64,000 bases of DNA, taken from contig NIVC01000364.1 in the NCBI GenBank assembly GCA_002269645.1, forward strand, positions 62,001 to 126,000, given 5' to 3'. The notes under the pieces were generated by a model, which had not been told where the DNA came from, did no database searches, and worked only from the letters and a program-made list of their open reading frames with translations. The stretch is from Macrostomum lignano (Eukaryota). The position numbers were made by a program, and so were the translations under genes. Below are positions 1 to 13,000 of this stretch, one piece after another (positions within the stretch are counted from its first letter, which is position 1; every line of letters begins with the position of its first letter).

Positions 1-210
1 ATGAAGCGAAAAAGATTGGGTGCCATCAATTAGGGTGAGAGTGTAGGTGGTCCATGAACTGCGAAACTCATTTTTTATTTCTATAGCCTTGGCACCGCCA
101 ACACGCTTAGTAGACCAGGTCCGGCCCCTCAGAGACCGGCATCATCCGCCGGGATTAAACTACCCATCAGTGCAGGTAGGGTCGACCATTTGTGGGCTGC
201 CCAGGAGATC

Positions 211-228
211 GATTGCGCATGCGCAATC
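211..228. promoter_or_regulatory. 18-bp perfect palindrome GATTGCGCATGCGCAATC containing an NRF1-type site
   Basis: The sequence is self-complementary and contains TGCGCATGCGCA, the established NRF1 consensus. No target gene can be assigned within the window. Confidence 0.3.
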
Positions 229-2651
229 CTCGCATAAGCAGGTGAGAGCCTGTCACTAGGGCGCCGAACACACTCCAAAGCCAATAGGATCCCCGACTTT
301 TGGGCTCATGACTTCAAGGTACGGTCCCTTGCCCTTTGTACTAATAGCCTCTTTGACACGAGGCCTGCATGACCAGGTGGTCCATTTGCCAGCTCCCTGC
401 GCGGGTAGGTTCACCTAGCGCAATGCCAGCTCAAAGCAGTACAAATAAAGCGCTGTGTGCTCTTCCTAAAATGCGGGCGGCAAGCCAGCAGTGACGCAAG
501 ATCATCGGCTAGACAGTCCCAGGCCGCACCACAACTCACTCTGCTGAGTACACCATTGCAGACAATCTCATCAGAGACCGTCTTTATACCGTCTGCCCTT
601 CTTGATTTCCCGCTCCTAATATGTATATTTGGTCACGGTCTCCAGCTCTTTGTTTCCTAATTATTGATTTCTTAATTACTGTATTTGTACCCTTTAGCGC
701 TGGGGGTAAATATACAGGCCATACTGCGGATCCACAGGTGCATGGTGAGACAGGCTGCTTCAGTATGACTTCCTCGTGTGCTACCTGCCGGGAACCGGCA
801 ACTACGTCGCTGCGTCTGCTATACTGGATTGGAGTTGACTGCTGCATGGTCCACCTGCCCGAAACTCCAGGTCCGAGTGCACTCCAGCTCACCATAGCAA
901 CAGAATCCGACAACGCCTTGGGAATAGCCATAAGATCGAGCGTCATCAAGGGGCGACGGAGATGCAGAGCTGCAGGCCCCTGACGAGTGCGCGATATACA
1001 TTTCTAAAAACTTGCAGTACTGATCGATCGCACAATTTTTAAGTCGGTAGAATAGAGAGAGGCTTATATAAGCCTCCGGGGCAAGAGACAGAGTACTGTG
1101 CATTCATGTAACATGAAACAACAAAAATATTGAATCTTGACAGTTTACAACGCGTGTAAAATACGTGAAAGTGTACAATACGAAACGAAAATATTTGTAA
1201 ATTTCAGCGTATTCCGCGACAGGCCCTTAGTTCGGCAAAGAATTCTCTGACTTCCAGGCCGATCAGGATTCAGGGAATCCTTGCACATAAATACATGCAC
1301 CAATCTGTGCTATCTACAGGCTAACGGCTTGACAGAGCGACTGAACCGGTCATTGTCTACATGGAGTGTAATCAAGGCTGCAATCGAGGAAGAAAATGGC
1401 TTTTCAAGACGTCATGACACCCTAGCTCATGACACCCCATCTTGGTAGCCTACTTCAGCTCCAAGCACACTCTGCCGGGAAAGTACAAACTCATGCTGTG
1501 TCGGCTGTGGCGCATTACGCAGTCACGATTTCTAAGTCGCCTACTGTACCATTAATAAGACAATTAGGCTTGAGCGAGAATTGTGCTAATCGGGCCATTC
1601 TGGGAATTTTAGCTGCTCTACTTTATTTAATTGTCTATTTTGTGGAAACAAAAGTGAAAGTTAAAGCGCAGAAATCCATCTCAAGGAGATAGCAATTCAT
1701 TCTTGTGCGGCTCCATCCTTTGGGAGAGTTTGTTTAAACCCGTAAGTGCTTCGAGGAAATTTAGCAGCTAATTTGAATTCGGTAGTGCCTCACAGGTTAA
1801 ACAGACGTGACGTGAATCCTGGAGTCCTGGGGTTGACCGAGATCACAGTGCTAAAGCAGTTACTAGGCCTAGCTCTGACTATCAACACTTGTGTCCTCAA
1901 TACTATCTGTTAGTAACTTATTATATTGTAAGCCCTATATTTCGTATAGACTAAATTCTCAACAGAAAATAGGTCTTACAAGGCCAAGGGGAAAGTAATT
2001 TGCTTTAGTTCCTCTATCTGCATTGCTGCTGGTGTAAAAATTGTAAAAAAAACAGAAAATAACAAATCAAAATAACAATAACATGAATAATGTACAGAAT
2101 ATTTATCAGGCTTTTGCCCTATATATTATTTATAGGCCTAATTCTATTGTTGACATTGTAACTAAACTAGGCCTATAAATAAGTTGGTCATCTTTACCCC
2201 CCCCCCATAGCTTATATGTCTAAGTGTATAAGTTTTCCTAAAACTGATATCAAAGCAAGTATAGGCCACTTTTAATTCTATAATCATAGCTAGGGTAGTA
2301 AGGTGAGGAGACCCAATATTTCTATTTCTAATATTTCTATAAATTCTATTTAAGGATTCTTATTTTAAAATTCAATTGAGGCATTGAGCCTATTAAACAT
2401 TTGCAATAGACAATAGTTATAAGTTAGGCCTAATGCTAATATTATAATATTTAAAATAATATATTTTAATAAAAAAGATAAATATAAAAAATGTAGCGAG
2501 GTTTATTTAGAATTTATAAAAGTAAATAAAATTTAAAAATTATGAATTTAAAATATTTGAATGTAACTAGATGATGAATAAAAATCTACTACATTAGGTA
2601 AATTTTAAATTTAAAAATATTTTTAAGCTAATGATGCAAATTATAGAAATG

Positions 2652-3385
2652 ATTGTCCCAGGGCTCTTAATTATCCTTTTGCTAGCCTTACTAGCTGCCA
2701 TCAAGTTGTCACAGGCCTTTTGGCTTTCTATGAGAATTCCACCGTTATGCCACCAAAGTTGAAATAAAGCTTTTTCTCCTTAACAATTCTACTGATTATT
2801 AATTGTCTTTCTACTGATAGTGCATGTACTTCTATTGGTAGCATATAAACTTCTATTGGTAGCATATGTACTTCTATTGGTAGCGTATGTACTTCTATTG
2901 TACTTTCTGGCCTGAGCGGTCTAATAGCACTGTCTATTCTATTCCTATATTTCCCCTAAAAATATTATTCTCTCAGTCCTAGGCGTTCCCTGGATCAGAG
3001 GGTCACAGCTTATGCTCTTTCTCTGCCCTGAGGCGATCTTCTCTTGCTCTGAGGCGGTTCTCCTGCCCTGAGGTGAATTTACTATTGCTGCCCTGAGGCG
3101 ATTTCTCGCTTGTAGTGGTTTCTGATACTCCCAATTGGGGTTCTTATACTCTAAGAAATGAATAAGACACTGAACAATTTTCTTGTCAGATTTTAGCTTT
3201 TGCTAAAGCACACAAACGAACAAGTAAATTGAACGAGTTGGGCGCGTTGTCCAAGTTGGTCCTCCTGGCCCGCTCAGAGCTTCTATTTATGGTAGAAATC
3301 ATTACAGTTTATAACAAATATTAATCGCGAAAATATTTTTGCAACTCACCACATTTAAACAAAGTTTTTAGCGCGAATTTAAAAT
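2652..3385 (+). repeat. Unclassified dispersed repeat, copy P (~730 bp)
   Basis: Aligns by eye in reverse complement to ~33345-34100 (e.g. GATACTCCCAATTGGGGTTCTTATACTCTAAGAAATGA and the CTGCCCTGAGGCG sub-repeats). A short third fragment lies near 27060-27125. Confidence 0.85.
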
Positions 3386-5161
3386 TGATTTTTCTAAGAA
3401 ATATAGTAGACAGAAACAAGTAATTATAAGCACCCTTCCTCATGATAAATTAGCAAAAAAGATTAGGCCTAGGCAATTTTCTACTTTATAAAAATAGATC
3501 TTAAAATAAAATATAAATGAATAAAGAAAAAGGATATATAAGTACAATTGTTATAAAAAGTCTTATATGTTAATAAGCCACTTGACTAGGGATACTTTAA
3601 TTTCAGTATATTTAAGAAAAGGAGCTTAAGTTCAAGAAGATTAGATACCAGAACTTTATATCCATAGTCAAGATCATGGCACACCTGTGCTAGAATAAAT
3701 CCTATCAAAAAAGTTTGCTTATACTTAAACAACTTAAAACAAAATTAAAAAATTTATTTTTTTATTTGAAAGATACCAGTAAAATGTTTATTTGAATCTG
3801 TTTCATAGAAAATGCAATGTTAATGTAAATTAATTAAAAAAATCTGTCAATATACTGCAAATAAAAATGCTAATGAAAAGAAATTACATGCTAATTTTCT
3901 GTCAGAGAAAATATTGTCTTGTTAGAAATTTTTGTCATGCACCAAATTGTGCCATTTTTTTGTCCTATGCCATATTGTGCTAGATTTTTCTCCCTTGCTA
4001 GCTGTTTTGCTGGACTGCACCAGCACAGCGCACATCCAACCCCTTATTGTGCAGGAATTTTCCATGAAAAGGCCATCTTCCTGACTATGGCTTTGCAAAT
4101 AAGCCTAGTTTCTAATTTGCTATAGCCTTATAAATAAAACAATTTGTGAAAAGTACATATAAGACCTAAATAATTCATTATTTGTTTCACTTTTATACTA
4201 ATTGTAACTAATTATAAAGTTGCAAAGGGGTTTTAACTTAGTAGTTAAAGCATGTTAGTATGTAGACATACAATTAAAAGTTGCAAAGTTCTATTCTCAA
4301 CCTATGCTAAACAATTTGTGTCCCTTAGCAAGATGCTTAACTTTGCATTTCATTAGTCTACCTAGCTATAAAATGGATATTAGCATTAATTGGGAGTAAT
4401 TGAAGGTATATTTAAAAAGGCCTTAGTCCTAAGACTGAGTAGTCATAGATAGCCTTTATAAGAAAAGAAGAGAAAAAGAAGAAAAAGAAAATAATGCAAT
4501 AGGGGCTTACTATAGGTAAGCTATTGGTTACTTATCTGCCTATTAGGTCAACTGGTCAAGTATTATCAATTATTATTATTATTATTATTGACCAATTGCA
4601 ATTCAATATGATACAAAATATACATGTATTTTAATAGCTATGAGAATAGTTTATTGCATAATATTTTATTCAATGAAGTTTGCTTGCTGAAATTAGGCAT
4701 ATTTTATTTATCAATTATTTATCAAATATAGATTTTAGTTATGAAATATTTGTTATCAGTTATATTAACACTATAACTTTCATTAGATGATTTTTAGCTA
4801 AATAATATATTTTCATATAGGTAGAATTTAAATTAAATGCAAATTAAATGCCAAATGTCAAATTACAAACTCAGGTTCTTGATAAACAAGGAAATGTTAA
4901 TAAGGCTAATAAGCTTATATTTTAGTGCACCATTTTGGATATACGAGCTACTTTAAAGGATTAGACAGAATTAAAGAAGACATCTGTTTTATCTGTCTTA
5001 ATAATAAAAGTTTTCAGTATCAGATTGTATGATAACAAATTAATTTTAAGTGACAACCTCTCGCCTCGATATGGTGAAACAATCTTTCAATAATAGATCA
5101 AATACTTTACATTTAATATACAAACATTGCTTTGCATGCCCCAAAATTGAAACTGCAACAA

Positions 5162-8100
5162 ATGGGTAAGAAATCTAAACACGAGAAGAAGTCCAAAAAG
5201 TCCAAGAAAAGCAAGTCAAAGAAGCGGCGCTCTTCTTCATCATCTTCTTCATCGTCGTCTGGAGCATCTCAGGGCCAGGAGGCTGCTGCCAGCTACCAAT
5301 GGGAAGAAAAAGATTCGACATCGGCTTCAAAGCCGCGCAGCGACTGGTTCGCCAGCATCTCCGAGCAGGCGATGGAGGCCAATATATTTCTAGGCTCGGC
5401 CACGTCTAGTAAGATTCGTGCGGCGGAGAAGGAGCAGGCTGCTCGGGAGTTGGCTGAGCACGGCGCTGGGCTGATTATAAATCGGGAGACTTTGGCAGCT
5501 GGTGAGGCTTCCGGCAGCCAGCCGCAGGCTCCGCAGCCGCCTCAAGCGCAGGACTGGTATCGACGAGCTTATCGGCGCTGTCAGGAGCAGGCTCGCGAGC
5601 AGGGCCGTCCGCTTGAAGAGGTGGCCGCTGAGAGATGGGGCAGTCTGGACAGGCTGCGCAGTCTCATGGGCAGCGGTGGCGGTCATTCCGAACAGCGCTC
5701 AAGGGATGGAGATAGGCAAGCAGAGCAGCGCTGGAAACATCGTCGCCAGAACGAGGATCATGAAGGTTCGAGTCGGGGAAGCCGCGACGGCGAAGATCGT
5801 CGGGGCGACTCGCGGCGTCGCGATGCCACCAGAGATGACTCCAGATTAGAATTGGAAGATCGAAAGTCTGAGAGAGAAGCGCGCGTTTCGGACAGATCTG
5901 ATGATCAGCAACGGTCAGGTGCTAATTGGCGCCGGTCAGAAGCAGAAGACCATCAACGGTCAGGTGCTAATTGGCGCAGATCAGAAGCAGATGACCAGCA
6001 ACGGTCAGGTGCTAATTGGCGCCGATCAGAAGCAGAAGACCAGCAACGGTCAGGTGCTAATTGGCGCAGATCAGAAGCAGATGACCAGCAACGGTCAGGT
6101 GCTAATTGGCGCCGATCAGAAGCAGATTACCAGCAACGGTCAGGTGCTAATTGGCGCCGATCAGAAGCAGATGACCAGCAACGGTCAGGTGCTAATTGGC
6201 GCCGATCAGAAGCAGATGACCAGCAACGGTCAGGTGCTAATTGGCGCCGATCAGAAGCAGATGACCAGCAACGGTCAGGTGCTAATTGGCGCCGATCAGA
6301 AGCAGATGACCAGCAACGGTCAGGCCCAGATTCTCGCCAAACAAAGTCCGATGAGCAGAATCGGTCAGGTGCGCATCGATCGGTACCAGTGGAATCTGCC
6401 AGATCGACTCAAGCCAGAGCGGCTCCCCCCGAGGTAGAGACAGCAAAGCCGGAGATGGTCACAGTGGAAGAGGAGCGTCACGTTCGTCAAGACGACATCA
6501 ACCAGCTCTCTGCTCAGATTCTCCGCGCTCAAATAGAAGGCGACAAGGTAAAAGCGTCGAAGCTCGAGAAACGCCTGGCTGTAATGCGAGAAGCTCAACG
6601 CCGCAAGCTGAAGGTGCGAATTAAACAGCGTGTAGCCAAGCCGGCTTCAGAGGCAGCAGCGGCGACAGCTGAGTCGGCGGCGCCTTCAAAAGCAGCGCCA
6701 AAACGTCCCGGCTTGAACGCGTTAGGCGCTTCGTCTACCATTGAAGAGATGCGCGCCCACGAGCGCCTAATCGACTCGCGCGCTATGCAGTTGGACTTTG
6801 CTGGCGCCTATCGGCCCGCCGCCACCTCCGCTTCGGCCGCCGATGCCGACGATCCCACTGGCGAGTATGCCGAAGGCGGCAAAGCGAAGCGACCGCGCCA
6901 ACTGGAGAGGGCGTCGGATCGGGACCGGGCTCTGGCTGGCCAGAAGATGCGCGCTACCGGACGGCGATGCGACCTCTGTGTGGAAGGCGACGTCAGCAAA
7001 GACGCTGAATCGGCGAAGCTGACCCGCGGCCTAATGGTTGAATGCGGCAGCCGCATCTACCTCCGCCTGCCAGATGTTCGCTCGCTAGTTGACAAGCACT
7101 GCCTGTTGAGCACGGTTAATCACGTGACCTGCTGCGCCGAACTGGACGACGACGCGTTCGCCGAACTCGAGCGAATCAAGCGGCATCTAGTTGAACGGCT
7201 CGGCCGCCTGGAGCTGGACTGCGTGTTCGTAGAGACGGCCAAGGGATTGAGCCGGCATCCGCACCTGCTGGTTGAGGCTTTCCCGCTGCCAAAGGAGGTT
7301 GGCGAGTCGGCTCACATCTACTTTAACAAGGCGCTGATGGCAAGTGCACTGTTTATTTTGTTTGTTCTGTTGTTTAAAAACAGAGTTCAAAGGATGGGCT
7401 GTCACCAACAAGCTGTTGAAACCCGCGGATTTTGAACCCGGGTAATTCCAATCCCCAGAACTATTTTTGCAAAAATTCTTAAATTTGAAGTCATACTCAA
7501 ACAAAACTTGTTAATAGTTAGTAGGAATAGAGGTAAACATAAAATGGAGTACAATCGTGTAAAATTAGGATTTGGGGCAAACAGTTGATATCGTTGGCTG
7601 GGGTGCTGCGCAGAATGTCGGGCAATGTCTGTCTGACTCTAAAACATGTATTGGCAAACTCTGGCCTCTGCCTCCGACTCTCCCTACGTCCCTTGGATCC
7701 TTTGAAACTTCTATCTTCCCTTCTGTATCCTCTTTTCTCTCTTGTCCCTCGTCTCTCCTATCTTTTCTCCTTTTCCTCTCTCCTCTCTCCCCTCTTCTCT
7801 CGTACCTGCCCTCATCTCTTCTCTTTCATCTCTCATATCTCATCTCTTATCTCATCTCTTATCTCTCCTCTCCTCTCTTCTCTCTTCTCTTAGATAATAT
7901 CATAACTGGCATTGTCTAAACACCAACAGGAGGCCGGACCAGAGTGGGCCAGCAACAAAAAAGCGGTACCAATGCGCGACATGGACATTCGTCGAACCGT
8001 GCCTCGCGGCTTCCCCTATCTAGCCGTGGAATTCGGTCGCGACAGCGGCTTAGTACACGTCATTGAGGACGAGTCGGCATTTCCGGACTGTTTCGGCCGC

Positions 8101-8250
8101 GAAGTGATCGCCGGCATGCTGGACCTGCCGCACGAATTGTGGCGCAAACCGAAACGCGACAACTGGGAAGCTCTGCTCAACAAAGCGTCCGAATTTCGAT
8201 TCTTCTGGTCGGAGCGGGGCGAAGTTGTTGTACGGCAACAGGACGATTAA
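5162..8250 (+). CDS. CWF19L2: CWF19-like protein 2 (CwfJ family spliceosome factor); join(5162..7339,7930..8250), 832 aa
   Basis: Lys/Ser-rich N-terminus, then EEVAAERWGSL and INQLSAQILRAQIEGD motifs. CwfJ C-terminal domains: CDLC...HCLL...DCVFVET...HLLVEAFPLPKEVGESAHIYFNKALM|EAGPEWASNKK...VPRGFPYLAVEFG...HVIEDESAFPDCFGREVIAGMLDL. The join ATG|GCAAGT...CAACAG|GAG is phase 0 and restores the conserved KAxM-E-x-x-x-EW-x-x-NKK segment. Confidence 0.93.
5900..6330 (+). repeat. Coding minisatellite, 45-bp unit (DDQQRSGANWRRSEA), 9 full copies plus degenerate ones
   Basis: Unit CAGCAACGGTCAGGTGCTAATTGGCGCCGATCAGAAGCAGATGAC lies in frame within CWF19L2 exon 1. Confidence 0.95.
7409..7894 (-). mobile_element. 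Non-autonomous Helitron-like element with GA-rich 5' tract, in the CWF19L2 intron
   Basis: The minus strand begins A|TCTAAGAGAAG and ends with an imperfect CCCGGG/CCGCGGG hairpin then CTTG|T. A second copy lies at 27624-29136. Confidence 0.6.
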
Positions 8251-10077
8251 TTATAAACTGTTATGAACGTGTTTTAAACAAAACTGTACTTTAAAATTAT
8301 GTTTCTCATTGCTCAATTATACACTGTACATGCTCGAGTATAAAATGCAAGCATTTAATTGCATTTCAAGTAGAATGTACTTAATTTCGGATTTCATAGT
8401 CATTTATTTTACTATAAGTAGTGTCCATTTGCAATATTGGCACACTGCTGGACTACGATATCAGTTACGCCTATAAATGGTGATTCGCGGTGGTTCAAAT
8501 GCAGTGTTTTGTCGAGCGGTGCAAGTGTGCCTTACGTTGTAAAAATTCTGATTGCCTTATCTAAAATTATCTTCATACATACGTTGAAATTTCTCAGCGA
8601 TAAGTATCCTATAAGAAAACGAAAAAAGCAGGAGAGCTAGTGCAGTTGTTTTTTAGAATCAGCACTGAATTTCCCAACCAGCCCTTCATAAAAAGGGTCT
8701 TTGCCGTTAATGGCACAGCAATGTGGGAGTGTAATCCCACTGCGCTGCGGAATGGCTATCACGACATTTCGAAGACATAATTTTTAGGGCAGGGCAGCTA
8801 ACCTAATAAACAGGCATAGCGCCCTTCTAATAATTAAAAGATAAGAATAGCGAAGTTAGCAATCAAGCTGGTCTCAAAGTAATTTCATTTTCATAATTTT
8901 GATTCCAATGCAGCCTTGAAAGACGCTGATTTAGCAGTAGCCTGGGTCTTCTTGAAGAAAGCCAACAACTTATGTATATTGTAACGATCTTTCTACTATA
9001 ATTAAGAAATACGCTAACTTTGCTACTGAAAGAGTAGAGTAGAAAGAGCATTTTGTTCAAATGACATATCTAGTCTGTTGTAATACGAGCGTACCGGTGA
9101 TTGCACCGGGACTTGAATTGCACTTACTTGAAGACAGGAAAACAAGCGAAATTACGGAGATTAATCTCAGCGCAAGTTTACATGGATTTTTTATGGTAAA
9201 CGGATACGACGCAGAATTCGATTTTGCTTTTTTCGAGAGTTGGTGCTTTTCTACTTCCTCTTTAGTTGTCGGTGGATAAACAATGAATAAAAGATCTAGC
9301 AAAATTAAACAGCTTAGTTAATTTTACGGCTCGTATAATACGAGCGTATGACCTATATTCTTTGTATTTGCTGCAGACGTCAGCAAAGAAAAAAGCTGCA
9401 AATCTTTTTGTATTTGATTCTATCATAATGATTTGTTACACAGTAACAGAGAATGTCACTTAAGAACAGGCAGCGCCATTCGCGAAATTGAGATCGAAAT
9501 TAAATCGGCACAAAGACCCATAAACCCAGCAGACGCGATAGAGAAGGGAAAGATTCTACGACAACATAGAAACGAAACGCGTATTAGAAATTGGGCGTCT
9601 TTGCAAAGAAACCAAAGTCAAAGAGGCAGACATTTAACGGGAAGCCTGCTATTATAACAAAGTTTTACACGAGTCTGTCGGCAACAATGACCAATCGTGT
9701 CATATGCTCAAGATAAGGCTGAGTTGTCACCATTACGAGACACTAAATCGCTTCGCAAAGTAGTGAAACTTAAAAAGTATAACAAATTTTAAACAAGCAG
9801 TTGGGTTACACAAACTGAATAAATAGGTGCGAGGTTAGTTATACTAAGCTAGTTTATGGTTAGATATCGGCGGCATAATCATGCAGAGGTGTGTACATAA
9901 AAATTAGAAAAAAATGAATCTTAATTTTGCGCTGTTTTTTAGCTTTTACTCCGGCAAAACAATTGAATGAATTATATTCCAATTTAAATAGCGCTTGGGC
10001 AAACAGAGATAAACAGGTGATTATGTATATATTATATAAGTATCTAAAAATAGTTGCTATCACACCAACACGATCGC

Positions 10078-13000
10078 TCATTCCTTCGCGAACCAGCCGT
10101 ACACCTGGTTCTGGGCGCAGGTGCTCAGAGCTGACAGGAACCGGACCAGCCCAGTGTCCATAGGCCTGTCCAATCCGCGCAGCATCCTGTGCTTCATCAC
10201 TGACACGAATTCTTTGTTACTAAGATGCAAATCGCCGTCCTCGTCGAATAGTACAAAGACAACATTTAGAACGTGATCGTCCAGCTGAATGCCGGCCACT
10301 GTGACGGCCACGTGTTTGAAGGTCGACTTGTCGATAGCGGCTCCGGCTGCAAGAGATCGGAAGTGAGGATGTACAGCTTTAAGATAAAGGATGTACAGCT
10401 TTAAGATAAAGGATGTACAGCTTTAAGATAAAGGATGTACAGCTTTAAGATAAAGGATGTACAGCTTCAAGATAAAGAATGTACAGCTTCAAGATAAAGG
10501 ATGTACAGCTTTAAGATAAAGGATGTACAGCTTTAAGATAAAGGATGTACAGCTTTAAGATAAAGGATGTACAGCTTTAAGATAAAGGATGTACAGCTTC
10601 AAGATAAAGAATGTACAGCTTCAAGATAAAGGATGTACAGCTTTAAGATAAAGGATGTACAGCTTTAAGATAAAGGATGTACAGCTTCAAGATAAAGGAT
10701 GTACAGCTTCAAGATAAAGAATGTACAGCTTCAAGATAAAGGAGGTACAGCTTCAAGATAAAGGAGGTACAGCTTCAAGATAAAGGATGTACAGCTTCAA
10801 GATAAAGGATGTACAGCTTCAAGATAAAGGATGTACAGCTTCAAGATAAGGATGTACAGCTTCAAGATAAAGGAGGTACAGCTTCAAGATAAAGGAGGTA
10901 CAGCTTCAAGTTAAGGATGTACAGCCTCAAGATAATGGAGGTACAGCTTCAAGATAAAGGAGGTACAGCTTCAAGATAAGGATGTACAGCTTCAAGATAA
11001 AGGAGGTACAGCTTCAAGATAAAGGATGTACAGCTTCAAGATAAAGGAGGTACAGCTTCAAGATAAAGGAGGTACAGCTTCAAGTTAAGGATGTACAGCC
11101 TCAAGATGATGGAGGTACAGCTTCAAGATAAAGGAGGTACAGCTTCAAGATAAAGGATGTACAGCTTCAAGATAAAGGATGTACAGCTTCAAGATAAAGG
11201 ATGTACAGCTTCAAGATAAGGAGGTACAGCTTCAAGATAAAGGAGGTACAGCTTCAAGATAAAGGATGTACAGCTTCAAGATAAGGAGGTACAGCTTCAA
11301 GATAAAGGAGGTATAGCTTCAAGATAAGGAGGTACAGCTTCAAGATAAAGGAGGTACAGCTTCAAGATAAAGGATGTACAGCTTTAAGATAAAGGATGTA
11401 CAGCTTTAAGATAAAGGATGTACAGCTTTAAGATAAAGGATGTACAGCTTCAAGATAAAGAATGTACAGCTTCAAGATAAAGGATGTACAGCTTTAAGAT
11501 AAAGGATGTACAGCTTTAAGATAAAGGATGTACAGCTTCAAGATAAAGGATGTACAGCTTCAAGATAAAGAATGTACAGCTTCAAGATAAAGGAGGTACA
11601 GCTTCAAGATAAAGGAGGTACAGCTTCAAGATAAAGGATGTACAGCTTCAAGATAAAGGATGTACAGCTTCAAGATAAAGGATGTACAGCTTCAAGATAA
11701 GGAGGTACAGCTTCAAGATAAGGAGGTACAGCTTCAAGATAAGGAGGTACAGCTTCAAGATAAGGAGGTACAGCTTCAAGACGTATCCATTATCGTGTTC
11801 AGGGGTCAGCAGAACTGAACCTGAAGAGCGAGCCGCAAACTCACCTAAATGATAGAAAGTCAGCGCCGTGTCCACATCGGCGATGCACTTCAACAATTGG
11901 GCGAACTCGACGTACTGCTTGAAGGAGATGCCCCTGCTCGCCTTGGCCTTGTCGTCCTCGCTTTCGTCGTCGCCTTTGCCGAAGGCCTCCCGTACTCGGC
12001 GCAGCATCTTTCGCTTCTTAGCCTCGGAGAAGCCGGCGTAGGTGATTAGTAACCGGGCGAAGCTGAGCTCGGAGATTCGGTCACGTTCGTCCGGTTGGTA
12101 GCGATCGAATTCGATGCGGTTGAGCTCGCGCTGTAGCCTGGCCTGGAACTCCAGCATGCGGGCTACGCTGAGCGTGCCCTGGCCGTTCTCGCCAAAGAAA
12201 TACGTGGCCAAAGCGGTGTTCATCTCGGCTTTAAGCGTGTTGCCAGTGGTGCTGTGGTCCCTGTGCCGCTTGCCAACGTTGCTCTGATCGCGCAGGATCG
12301 CTTGAACCCGGCCGAACTCTTCAATGTCCAAATTACCGTCCGAGTTCAGGTCGAACATGCGGAAAGCGATTTCAAATTGGCGCGGAGCGGTGCTCAACAC
12401 GGTGAGCAGGAATACGTAGTCGCTGAAGCTGATCAGAGCTTTGTCGCCAAGGGTGTAGAACACCGAGTCCGGGCGTACCTGCGTGGGTTTGAGTGGATGT
12501 GAAGGGGTTAAGCCTAGTCTCTCCACTCGACTAAAGCATTATCAAACCCGTGCGCTCAGCATCTACATAGAATTAGGATATGAGATCAGGAATCCTAGAG
12601 GGTGGCAGTTCAAATCCATATCTGAGGATCTGGGAGAGCGACAATCCCATTCCCATATCTTGGAGGATGTGGGAGAGCGGCGATCCCATTCCCATATCTG
12701 AGGATGTGGGAGAGCGACAATCCCATTCCCATATCTGAGGATGTGGGAGAGCGGCAATTCCATTCCCATATCTGAGGATGTGGGAGAGCGGCAATTCCAT
12801 TCCCATATCTGAGGATGTGGGAGAGCGGCAATCCCATTCCCATATCTGAGGATGTGGGAGAGCGACAATCCCATTCCCATATCTGAGGATGTGGGAGAGC
12901 GACAATCCCATTCCCATATCTTGGAGGATGTGGGAGAGCGGCAATGCCATTCCCATATCTTGGAGGATGTGGGAGAGCGGCGATCCCATTCCCATATCTT

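Noticed and set aside
1-1103. Moderately GC-rich stretch with several 67-121 aa ORFs; a minus-strand CWRCQGY...FMDHLHSH looked like a zinc finger or gag knuckle
   Set aside because: Stops interrupt every frame, the Cys/His spacing does not fit CCHC or C2H2, and no splice structure or family motif could be supported. It may be a decayed retroelement, but this is unproven.
8437-10163. Small ORFs (65-81 aa) between CWF19L2 and MICU1
   Set aside because: AT-rich, unlike the GC-rich codon style of real exons here, with no motifs. Most likely convergent 3' UTR or spacer.
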